Below, one piece after another: positions 1-7,939 of a DNA stretch of 19,335 nt. Origin of the DNA: Candidatus Omnitrophota bacterium (GTDB lineage Bacteria > Ratteibacteria > UBA8468 > MWAK01); NCBI GenBank assembly GCA_043797665.1, contig JAZDPL010000088.1, positions 1 to 19,335 on the forward strand, written 5' to 3'. The translations under genes were made by a program, and so were the position numbers. The stretch's first letter is position 1. Every line of letters starts with the position of its first letter. The notes beneath the pieces were generated by a model that was not told the origin of the DNA, did no database searches, and was given only the letters and a program-made list of their open reading frames with translations.

Positions 1-322
1 AACCCTTGAGGTTGAACATCTGAGAATATCCTTTTATAGGGTTGTGCCAAAAAAGAAAAGGAGTTTTCCATGTGATTAATTAATCGGTATTAAAAACCCT
101 GTCAAGAGGGGGAAATCCCTGTCCTCACCGACATAGATGAAGGCATGTAGGGGAGAGGCAGGAGGAGAGTCGGCTTGCTTTCGCTTGAGCAATCTGGGTG
201 CTCCGCGAAAGCAAGAAAGAAAGGAAGAATGAGTAGTAAAATAAAGAGACTTGCGCAGATCTGTTTGGGGATTGTCCCCGGATAGAGAAAACTTGCGCTC
301 CATTAAAGAAAGGAGTTTAGTT

Positions 323-520
323 ATGAGTACCATAAATACCTCCGGTTCCGTGGGTGCTACACCCAGGGATACGTTTAATTCTAACGTGGGTACTGACCTG
401 CACAAACCATGTCTGTGCATGGGAGACACATATTTCCGCCGTCGGGGTGGCAAAAAGCGTGCTTCAAAGGGGTTAATACCCCGGGATACTCCGTTTATCC
501 CTCAACAAGAGATATTTTAG
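323..520 (+). CDS. small hypothetical protein (65 aa), doubtful
   Basis: ATG at 323 follows AAGGAG at 310-315, within track ORF 251..520. No recognisable domain. Confidence 0.3.
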   Translation: MSTINTSGSVGATPRDTFNSNVGTDLHKPCLCMGDTYFRRRGGKKRASKGLIPRDTPFIPQQEIF

Positions 521-584
521 CCTGATACCCTGAATCATTTATCGTATTTTACCCCTAATCAATCCTTTTTTACAAGTATAAACC

Positions 585-1524
585 CCGATATATCTATTTG
601 TCAATTAAAAAGCTCCAAATTTTTATCCCTAAGCACCCCAAAACTCCTGTTTTTATGTCGAATCCCATAATCTTGACTAATTTTGTAAAGGCGTCCCCTT
701 TACCGTCTTGATTCTTAATTGGTATTTCTGAAGAATTTGTTCTGTCATCCGGGTGCAGGACAAAGACAGCTTATCTTTTTCATGATGCTTTTCCATATCC
801 GTTCATTTATTGTCGCCTCCGCCAAAAGCAGATAGTAATACCGGGCATGCCTGATAAGCCTGCCGCCTATCTTTATCAATTTTAATTGTATCGTCCTCAA
901 GGACCAACTCCTTATCTTTTCCGGTAATGCCAGTGTCCGGAAAATGTTCCCCAGTGTATATGCCATGATGAATAGTTTCAACCGGACTTCGTTCTCCTTA
1001 AATCCCTGACAACTAAGCCTTGTCCAGTTTAAAGCATATTTCCCTTCTTTTATCCACTGCTCACAGGTGCCCCGGTGGTTGTAGAATTTTACCACCGTCT
1101 TATTATTCCATTTTAGACTGGTTACGATGAATCCTATCCTGGGAAATAACTCTCCCTGATGATGCTCTATCTTTGCTACTATTCTCCGCTCCTTTTCCCA
1201 GGAACCGGCACCGTACTGGAAACTGACATATTTTATTACCGGTTTCGTTCCGGGTCTTCCCACAGGCCTCTTTGTATATAGCGCCACCTTTTCTGTCAAT
1301 TTCTTGTTCTCTTTTATCCGTATCGCATAGTCTATTCCTAATTCTTCGCATAATTCATATAACTCCGGTATGGCAAAGGCGGCATCCCCTCGTACCTTTA
1401 CGTTTATCCCTTTTCCGGCGTAATACCTCAATATCGGCTCCAGGAATTCTTGCCACTCATCTGCACTGTGCACATTACCCGGCCTTAGCTTTACCTTAAG
1501 ACAGTCACCATACTGGTTGAATAC
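585..1524 (-). mobile_element. IS1380-family element remnant (downstream end tentative)
   Basis: Transposase remnant plus about 160 bp of downstream DNA. CCGATATATCTATTTG at 585-600 resembles IS1380-type termini, but no partner repeat is present in the window. Confidence 0.5.
745..1524 (-). pseudogene. IS1380-family DDE transposase, 5'-truncated
   Basis: The frame extends upstream of the track start as VFNQYGDCLKVKLRPGNVHSADEW. It contains RGDAAFA, RIGFIVTSL, FYNHRGTCEQWIKEGK and WSLRTIQLKLIKIGG, typical of IS1380 transposases. The N-terminal part is missing beyond 1524. Confidence 0.85.
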
Positions 1525-1699
1525 TGAGGTTGTCCCCTTGGTCTGGACAGAAAGTAGTAGTTCTTAAGGTGTGAAAAAGTAGTTCTGGCGCGCGCGATTT
1601 ATTTCGCTGCCAGCCCATATTAAACCATTCCGCATATTTCCTGTCAACTAATAGCCTGTCCATGGTATATTGCTTCCGGCGTCTTATATCCCAGCGTGC
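1525..1699 (-). mobile_element. IS3-family element right-end remnant
   Basis: The minus strand reads TLGYKTPEAIYHGQAIS* (stop at 1644), matching the IS3-family OrfB C-terminal LGYxTPxxxY motif. It ends ...TGTCCAGACCAAGGGGACAACCTCA, a CA-3' terminus located exactly where IS1380 similarity stops. Confidence 0.7.
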
Positions 1700-1869
1700 A
1701 GGCATTTATATCTGGAGAATGGAAGGAGGTGGATAGAGTGTCAGGCAAAAGTGAAGATATGATTACACACATATTTAGTCCCGTGACTACAGACAGAATA
1801 AGATTATGGGTTACGGCCAAGAATGGTCCATATGCGTGTGTATCAGAAGTTGAAATATATGAAAAATAG
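1696..1869 (+). pseudogene. C-terminal fragment of a discoidin/F5-8 type C (CBM32-like) domain protein
   Basis: Manual translation gives VQAFISGEWKEVDRVSGKSEDMITHIFSPVTTDRIRLWVTAKNGPYACVSEVEIYEK*. The FxPVTTDRIRL...EVEIY pattern fits the domain end. The stop is 9 bp before the next gene and the 5' part is replaced by IS DNA. Confidence 0.65.
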
Positions 1870-1878
1870 GGGATAAAA

Positions 1879-2625
1879 ATGATAAAAAGATGTATATTTG
1901 GAGCGATGTTATTTATAGTAGGAATGTTTTTAATTTCAGGAAGGTGTTTTTGTGAAGAAAAAGGACCGATTGGATATTGGAAATTTGACGAAGGACAAGG
2001 TGATGTAGCGAAGGATTCAAGTGGTAATGATAATGATGGGAAGGTTATAAAATTAGCTGAATATAGCAAATGGGTGGATGGAAAATTTGGGAAAGCTCTG
2101 GAATTTAGTGGAGCCGGGCCAGAAACAAGAGGAGAGAATGGTTGTGTAATTATACCAGAAATGGGTAAATATGACTATTCTAAGGGATTAACTATAGAAG
2201 CATGGGTTAAATTAAATGATAAACATAAAAGGTCTGATTCAGCAGTAATAATGTTTGCTGAGATTAATCAATTTGGATTTAATTTCTGCTTCACCTATGG
2301 TTCTTTATATATTCGTTCTTGTGAAGGAGGAGACGGAAAAGGATGTTATACAATGAGCACCGCAGCAAAAAATCCTGTTGAAAAGAATGTCTGGTATCAT
2401 TTTGCCGCTACCTATAATGACTCCATTTTTAAGGTCTATATTAATGGGGAGGAATGTGCTGTTAGTGAGCTAAATGTCCCTCTTACTAAATGGTCAAATG
2501 TTATCACCATAGGTTCTTATATGGAAGGTTTTGCTTATCCATTTAATGGAATTATTGATGAAGTAAAGTTGTATGACTATCCAAGAACAGCTTTGGATAT
2601 TTTGAAAGATGCTAACATTTTTTAA
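1879..2625 (+). CDS. secreted LamG-like / concanavalin A-like jellyroll domain protein
   Basis: N-terminal basic plus hydrophobic signal segment. Motifs GYWKFDEGQG..AKDSSG, GKFGKALEF, TIEAWVK, WYHFAATY, YING and FNGIIDEVKLY. The DNA is AT-rich. Confidence 0.85.
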   Translation: MIKRCIFGAMLFIVGMFLISGRCFCEEKGPIGYWKFDEGQGDVAKDSSGNDNDGKVIKLAEYSKWVDGKFGKALEFSGAGPETRGENGCVIIPEMGKYDYSKGLTIEAWVKLNDKHKRSDSAVIMFAEINQFGFNFCFTYGSLYIRSCEGGDGKGCYTMSTAAKNPVEKNVWYHFAATYNDSIFKVYINGEECAVSELNVPLTKWSNVITIGSYMEGFAYPFNGIIDEVKLYDYPRTALDILKDANIF

Positions 2626-2690
2626 AGAGAGAAAAATCTAAGGCTAATATTTACAGAACGAACTCCTATAGTGAAAGAGGGAGATAAAAA

Positions 2691-3590
2691 ATGTCTACTC
2701 GAAGAAAAAAATTAATTATTGATTGTCACAACCATCCGGACTGGTACGGGTATAATCTCAAGAAGTTTTTGGCGAACATGGCTGAGTACCGTATCAGCCA
2801 GACCTGGCTGTTGGGTTGGGACTGTCCCAAGGATGAGTATGACCCTTTTTACAATAATGTAATTCCCACATTTGAACCAGATGGTCCCATGCCCTTAAGC
2901 CGGTGCCTGGCTTATCTGGAACAGGCTCCGGGGAAGTTTGTTTTGGGATATGCCCCTGATCCCCGCAAGCCTGAGGCGATTGATAAATTGCAGGCCGCAA
3001 TTGATATTTACGGAGTAAAAGTATACGGTGAGTTAAAACTACGGATGATGTATGATAACCCGGATGCCCTGCGGATGTTCCGGTTTTGCGGAGAGAAGGG
3101 GTTACCGGTAATTGTTCATTTAGATTACGAGTTTGACACCGGGGTTAAATACCCCAGACCAAACTGGTGGTACGGCGGCGGGATTGAAGCATTTGAGCGG
3201 GCGGTTCAAAGGTGTCCCCGGACCATATTTCTGGGCCATGGTCCCGGTTTCTGGGCACATATTTCTGATGATGGACAGTATGCTAAAACGGCCTATCCGA
3301 CCGGGAAGGTTGTTCCTGAGGGAAAGGTGGTAGCCATGCTGCGTCAGTATCCGAACCTTTACGGTGATTTATCAGCGGGTTCCGGATTAAATGCATTAAA
3401 ACGTGACCCGGCCTTTGCCAAAAAGTTTTTACGTGAATTTCCGGACCGCATCCTTTACGGCCGTGACTGCTTTGATAATGAGCACCAGAAATTTCTTAAC
3501 GGCTTAGGTTTATCCGAAGCGGTTTTAGATAAGGTCTATTCCGGCAACGCCCTCAGGCTTTTGATTCCAGGAAACGAGGAGAAGAGATAA
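2691..3590 (+). CDS. amidohydrolase-family (Amidohydro_2-like) metal-dependent hydrolase
   Basis: IIDCHNH metal motif, GELK, PVIVH, FLGHGPGFW, NLYGDLSAGSG and RILYGRD. GGGAG lies upstream of the ATG. Confidence 0.85.
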   Translation: MSTRRKKLIIDCHNHPDWYGYNLKKFLANMAEYRISQTWLLGWDCPKDEYDPFYNNVIPTFEPDGPMPLSRCLAYLEQAPGKFVLGYAPDPRKPEAIDKLQAAIDIYGVKVYGELKLRMMYDNPDALRMFRFCGEKGLPVIVHLDYEFDTGVKYPRPNWWYGGGIEAFERAVQRCPRTIFLGHGPGFWAHISDDGQYAKTAYPTGKVVPEGKVVAMLRQYPNLYGDLSAGSGLNALKRDPAFAKKFLREFPDRILYGRDCFDNEHQKFLNGLGLSEAVLDKVYSGNALRLLIPGNEEKR

Positions 3591-4910
3591 ATGAGTACAT
3601 TAGCGATACTGGGAGGGAAGAGGTCGGTTCAGACCGACCCGAAGGATATTTTTGTCTGGCCCATCATCAACAAAAGGATGGAGGATGAGGTATTGAAGGT
3701 TCTGCGTGCCGGGAATATGTCCGGGACAGATGTCACCAAAAGGTTTGAACGAGGTTTTGCTGACTGGCACCAAATGAAACACGGTTTAGGCTGTAACAAC
3801 GGCACCGCCGCCTTACATTGTGCGATGTTTGGTTTAGGCGTTGGTGTTGGAGACGAGGTCATCTGCCCCAGTATCACCTACTGGGCGACCTGCCTGCCGG
3901 TTTTTTCACTTGGCGGCACGGTAGTCTTTGCGGATATTGAGGCGGATACTCTCTGTCTTGACCCGGATGATATGGAACACCGGATTACCGATAGGACTAA
4001 AGCGATTCTGGTTGTCCACTACTGCGGCCGGCCTGCCCGGATGGATAAGATTATGTCTCTTGCCCACAGACATAACCTTAAAGTTATTGAAGACGTTTCC
4101 CATAGCCACGGAGCCAAATACAAAGGCCGGATGGTCGGAACCTTTGGCGATGTTTCTGCCTTCTCCCTGATGAGCGGCAAATCCTTTGCCATCGGCGAAG
4201 CAGGCATCATGCTTACCAACGACAAATCAGTTTACGAAAGAGCGGTGACCTTTGGGTTCTACGAAAGGCACAACGAGTTGACCTTGCCGGAACTGAAGGC
4301 GGGCGCCGGTTTGCCCTGGGGCGGGTACAAGTACCGGATGCACCAACTCTCTTCTGCAGTTGGTATGGTCCAATTGAAGAAGTATCCCAAGGAGATGGCT
4401 GAAATAGATAAGGCGATGAACTACTTCTGGGACCTGTTGGAAGGAACCCCGGGTATCAGACCCAACCGGCCTCCAAAAGGTTCTGGAACCACAATGGGCG
4501 GCTGGTATAATCCCTTAGGATACTATTGTTCTGAAGAACTGAGGGGCCTATCTCTGAGCCGGTTCTGTAAAGCATTAAAGGCAGAAGGTGTACCGGCCTA
4601 CCCTGGCTGTAACAAGGCTTTACATCTTCACCCGCTCTTTAATACCATAGACGTTTATTGCTTTGGTAAACCGACCCGGATTGCCAATTCAACCAGAGAC
4701 TTAAGACAGACTTCAGGTTCCCTGCCGGTGGCAGAAGGGATTCAGACCAAGGTATTTTCCGTACCGTGGTTTAAAAGACATTATCCGAAGATAATTAAAG
4801 AATACGCCGGTGCTTTCAAAAAAGTAGTTGAAAATCACCAGGCTCTTCTGCCTGGAGATAAGGGTAATCCGGCGGATGCCGGTAACTGGGGCCTAACCTT
4901 TAGAATTTGA
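3591..4910 (+). CDS. DegT/DnrJ/EryC1/StrS-family PLP-dependent aminotransferase
   Basis: NGTAALH, GVGDEVI, RTKAILVVHYCG, VIEDVSHSHGA and FSLMSGKSFAIGEAG (PLP lysine). Starts immediately after the upstream stop (TAAATG). Confidence 0.9.
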   Translation: MSTLAILGGKRSVQTDPKDIFVWPIINKRMEDEVLKVLRAGNMSGTDVTKRFERGFADWHQMKHGLGCNNGTAALHCAMFGLGVGVGDEVICPSITYWATCLPVFSLGGTVVFADIEADTLCLDPDDMEHRITDRTKAILVVHYCGRPARMDKIMSLAHRHNLKVIEDVSHSHGAKYKGRMVGTFGDVSAFSLMSGKSFAIGEAGIMLTNDKSVYERAVTFGFYERHNELTLPELKAGAGLPWGGYKYRMHQLSSAVGMVQLKKYPKEMAEIDKAMNYFWDLLEGTPGIRPNRPPKGSGTTMGGWYNPLGYYCSEELRGLSLSRFCKALKAEGVPAYPGCNKALHLHPLFNTIDVYCFGKPTRIANSTRDLRQTSGSLPVAEGIQTKVFSVPWFKRHYPKIIKEYAGAFKKVVENHQALLPGDKGNPADAGNWGLTFRI

Positions 4911-4963
4911 AGGAGAAAAAAGCAGGATACAGAGAGATTTACTGATATGCTTATTTTTCATGG

Positions 4964-5088
4964 GTGGAAATAAAACAAAGAATGGACTTCCGGGTTAGAC
5001 CGTTCCGGGATTATACCGGGCTTTGGAAGAATGAACTCAAGGATTGGGTTCCTGATGCCATTTTTGATGCGCATGTGCATATGGGACC
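4964..5088 (+). repeat. 125-bp direct repeat, copy 1 (copy 2 at 5921-6045)
   Basis: Manual alignment shows 7 mismatches in 125 nt with no gaps. The last 58 nt are identical. Confidence 0.95.
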
Positions 5089-5173
5089 ATCCACTTTTTA
5101 TCTTTACTCAATGCTCCGGGCAAGGGTTTTTACTCTTTCGAGGCAGCTCGCCTTTTTTTTGACAGGGAGATAA
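4964..5173 (+). pseudogene. truncated duplicate of the N-terminus of the amidohydrolase at 5921
   Basis: The first 42 codons nearly match the 5921 protein up to FDAHVHMGP, then the sequence becomes unrelated. Confidence 0.8.
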
Positions 5174-5188
5174 AGAAAAGGGTAAAAT
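5159..5188 (+). promoter_or_regulatory. sigma70-type promoter upstream of the TA pair
   Basis: TTGACA (5159-5164), 18-nt spacer, TAAAAT (5183-5188), 34 nt before the ATG at 5223. Confidence 0.6.
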
Positions 5189-5222
5189 ATTTACAATTTA
5201 ACAAATCTCTGATAGAGATGAA

Positions 5223-5483
5223 ATGCCAACAATAGCTGAGTTTTATGGGATAATTATAAGGATGTATTACGATGAGGAACCTCCACCGCATTTTCATGCC
5301 GTCTACGGAGATTTTGAAATGAGGATTTCACTTGATAATCTGAATGTTATTGATGGTCATCTTCCAGTGAGACAAGAAAGATTAGTTTTGGAGTGGGCCA
5401 AAATCCATCAGAAAGAACTAAAAGAAGAATGGCAAAGAATAGAAAAGAGGCAGCCTTTGTTCAAGATAGAGCCGCTAAAATAA
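5223..5483 (+). CDS. DUF4160-family protein, putative type II toxin
   Basis: MPTI..FYGIIIRMYYDEEPPPHFHAVYG...GHLP...RLVLEWAKIHQKELKEEW...IEPLK is the characteristic DUF4160 pattern. Confidence 0.85.
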   Translation: MPTIAEFYGIIIRMYYDEEPPPHFHAVYGDFEMRISLDNLNVIDGHLPVRQERLVLEWAKIHQKELKEEWQRIEKRQPLFKIEPLK

Positions 5484-5498
5484 AGGGAGGTAAATAAA

Positions 5499-5768
5499 AT
5501 GCGTCGAATCCCCAGGGTAGAAAAAGTAAAAGTTTTAGAAAATTATCAATTGGAAATAACTTTTGATGATGGAAAAGTGGGAATATTTGATATGACTCCC
5601 ATTGTTTTTGGAAGTGGTGGAGAAGCGGTTGAACCACTAAGAAACCCGGTTGTATTTCAAAAAGCCCGAGCTGATCTAGGTGTAGAATGGGATACCGGCG
5701 TTGGTTTGGGTTTCGGATTGGCACCAGAAGTTTTATATGAAAAAGTGAAGGAAGTTGTATTTGTATGA
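5499..5768 (+). CDS. DUF2442-family protein, putative antitoxin
   Basis: VKVLENYQLEITFDDGK..FD...PLRNPVVF....GVEW....LAPEVLYE. Strong GGAGG RBS. Standard position downstream of DUF4160. Confidence 0.85.
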   Translation: MRRIPRVEKVKVLENYQLEITFDDGKVGIFDMTPIVFGSGGEAVEPLRNPVVFQKARADLGVEWDTGVGLGFGLAPEVLYEKVKEVVFV

Positions 5769-5920
5769 GTTGTTAGGTTACCACCCCACTAATTCCCTCC
5801 ATATTAAAAGTTTACTAATGACTTCAGTAAATTTCGGGTGATACGAGGTAATATGGGGAATAGATTTGCAGAAATGGGCGGAAGACCTGGTTAAATCCCC
5901 CAGAATTTACTGAAGAAGTT

Positions 5921-6045
5921 GTGAAAATAAAACACAGGGTGGACTTCCGGATTAGACCGTTCCAGGATTATACCGGGCTTTGGAAGGATGAACTCAAGGA
6001 TTGGGTTCCTGATGCCATTTTTGATGCGCATGTGCATATGGGACC
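5921..6045 (+). repeat. 125-bp direct repeat, copy 2
   Basis: Matches 4964-5088 at an offset of 957 bp. Confidence 0.95.
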
Positions 6046-6991
6046 GCCTGGAATTTCTGCGGAAATCAGTCGGGAAAGACGTAAAGAACCTATGACTACT
6101 TTCACCAGTTTCACCCGGGAAGAAGCAGATGCCTGGTATGAGAACCTTTATCGCGGCAAAAAAATTGCCGGGTTGTTCGCTTTCGGTTTTCCCCTGCGTG
6201 AAATAAATATTACGGCGGCTAATGATTACATAGCCAATCTTATGCAGAAAGAGCCCCGCGTAAAAGGTTTTATAATATCTGACCCCAAAGATACGGACAG
6301 GACCATCCGGCAGTTCTATTCCGTACTGGGTAAAGGAACAAAATTTTCCGGCGTGAAGCCTTATGCTGACCTTCTGGGTAAGAGCAATTATGATACAACT
6401 ATGGAGGAAATACTACCGGAAGAGATTCTGAAATTTATGGATAAGGAAAGATTGCTCCTGATGCTTCACACGACCGGTCTGGGTATGAGTGTTCCTGAGA
6501 ACCAGAATTTTGTCAGGAAAATTGTTAAAAAATATGCCCATATCAAGGTGATTCTTGCACACTTAGGCCGGTTTCTGGAACCGAAACAGTTCTTTGATTT
6601 TCTGGACAGCGGGATTCTTGAGTTACCGGGCATATTTCTGGAGATGTCCTCCGGCACTTCCGTTGAGGTTTACGAAAGACTCCTTGGCCGGGAAGAGATT
6701 CGGACAAGACTGATTTTTGGTTCCGACATTCCCTTCGGTCTTATTACCGGTATGGAGTACTGGTCGGAAGAAACAGGTCCCACCTTTATTGCCCGGGATG
6801 AATATCCCTGGTCGGATGCGGAACTTAACAGGCGTTTGGAAGATAGGCGCCGGTATCTTACTTATAATACCTACCACGTAATAAAATCTTTCAAAGATGC
6901 GGTGGAAAAACTGAAAATACCCGAAGAAAAATTAAACCGGGTAAGGAAAGACGTTTTTCTTAACAATTGCCTGCGTCTGCTTGAACCCTGA
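5921..6991 (+). CDS. amidohydrolase-family metal-dependent hydrolase
   Basis: IFDAHVH metal motif, GVKPY, LMLH, VILAHLGR and RLIFGSDIP. GTG start. Confidence 0.85.
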   Translation: MKIKHRVDFRIRPFQDYTGLWKDELKDWVPDAIFDAHVHMGPPGISAEISRERRKEPMTTFTSFTREEADAWYENLYRGKKIAGLFAFGFPLREINITAANDYIANLMQKEPRVKGFIISDPKDTDRTIRQFYSVLGKGTKFSGVKPYADLLGKSNYDTTMEEILPEEILKFMDKERLLLMLHTTGLGMSVPENQNFVRKIVKKYAHIKVILAHLGRFLEPKQFFDFLDSGILELPGIFLEMSSGTSVEVYERLLGREEIRTRLIFGSDIPFGLITGMEYWSEETGPTFIARDEYPWSDAELNRRLEDRRRYLTYNTYHVIKSFKDAVEKLKIPEEKLNRVRKDVFLNNCLRLLEP

Positions 6992-7033
6992 TTTGCCACT
7001 CCAGTATTTATGTTTGTGGTAAAATAGTTGGGT

Positions 7034-7405
7034 ATGGAGTGGGAGACGTTCGGGCAAAACCTTTTTGTGGCCGGGGACCGCCGGGAGGCAAGGTCTTTGA
7101 AGTTACCGGATGTCCTGGACAATTTCCGGCGTTACCGGGTTACCACTACCTGGGACCTGGCTCAGCCTAAATTTACTAAGACACCGGCTTATGCCCGTTT
7201 GGCTAAAGATGGTTCGGGAAAGATAGGTGCGGTGGTAATGGGAAGGGGTGGCGGATACATAAAAATCGGACAGTTTCCCAAATGCCAGTTTTTTCTCTTC
7301 GTTCCGCTCAACAGTTTAAGCAAGAAAGCCAGATTTTCTTTGTTGAAAGGCCGAAATTTAGACCTCTTTACCGAAGGGGAGTTTCTCTTTGCCCGGGAAC
7401 CGTAG
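7034..7405 (+). CDS. hypothetical protein (~123 aa)
   Basis: The ORF fills the gap between the amidohydrolase and rpsG and ends 1 bp from the rpsG stop. The start is ATG 7034 or TTG 7028. Confidence 0.6.
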   Translation: MEWETFGQNLFVAGDRREARSLKLPDVLDNFRRYRVTTTWDLAQPKFTKTPAYARLAKDGSGKIGAVVMGRGGGYIKIGQFPKCQFFLFVPLNSLSKKARFSLLKGRNLDLFTEGEFLFAREP

Positions 7406-7406
7406 T

Positions 7407-7877
7407 TTACCAGCGGTAGTGGGCAAATGCCCGGTTGGCTTCGGCCATCCGGTGTACTTCGTCCCGGTGCTTGATTGTTTCGCCGGTTCCTTTGTAAGCC
7501 TCCATAAGTTCGCCGGCCAATTTTTCTGCCATCGGCTTGCCTTTTCGCTTCCGGACGATTTCCAACATCCACCGCATGGCTAATCTTAAGGAGCGGGCTG
7601 AGGGAACTTCCACCGGAACCTGGTAGGTAGCACCGCCAATCCTGCGGCTCCGTACTTCTACCCGGGGGCGGGTATTTTCTAAGGCTTTGTTTAAAACAGC
7701 CAGGGGGTCCTCTTTGCTCTGTTCTCCAAGCATATCCATCGCAGTGTAGAGAATCTCCTGGGCTACGGTTCTTTTGCCCCGTTCCATTATCAGGTTGATA
7801 AACCGGGTCACCGCCGGACTGTGGTACTTGGGGTCAGGCGGAAGTTCTTTTTTACTTGCCTGTTTCCTTCTTCCCAT
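7407..7877 (-). CDS. rpsG: 30S ribosomal protein S7
   Basis: PDPKY, EVRSRRIGGATYQVPVEV and HRMAEANRAFAHYRW. AGGAG RBS. Confidence 0.99.
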   Translation of the reverse strand: MGRRKQASKKELPPDPKYHSPAVTRFINLIMERGKRTVAQEILYTAMDMLGEQSKEDPLAVLNKALENTRPRVEVRSRRIGGATYQVPVEVPSARSLRLAMRWMLEIVRKRKGKPMAEKLAGELMEAYKGTGETIKHRDEVHRMAEANRAFAHYRW

Positions 7878-7894
7878 TGGGTCTCCTAAAAGAT

Positions 7895-7925
7895 AGATTC
7901 CCGTTTAAAGCATGCGGGAATGACA
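7895..7925. repeat. short palindromic repeat AGATTCCCG-N11-CGGGAATGACA (REP/dRS3-like)
   Basis: ATTCCCG at 7897-7903 pairs with CGGGAAT at 7915-7921, followed by GACA, in the rpsL-rpsG spacer. Confidence 0.65.
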
Positions 7926-7939
7926 GACTACATCAGGTG

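Noticed and set aside
76..453. 125-aa minus-strand ORF
   Set aside because: It has no domain signal, crosses a hairpin-rich region and overlaps the + strand candidate that has the better RBS.
1505..2069. Minus-strand ORFs 1505..1705 and 1644..2069 as real genes
   Set aside because: They are chimeric frames across the IS junction and antisense to the LamG gene. Only the last ~17 codons of 1644..2069 look meaningful (IS3 tail).
4964..6045. Diversity-generating retroelement TR/VR pair (all 7 mismatches involve an A)
   Set aside because: The A is in copy 1 at four sites and in copy 2 at three, so it is not template-directional. The repeat is at the gene 5' end and no reverse transcriptase is present.
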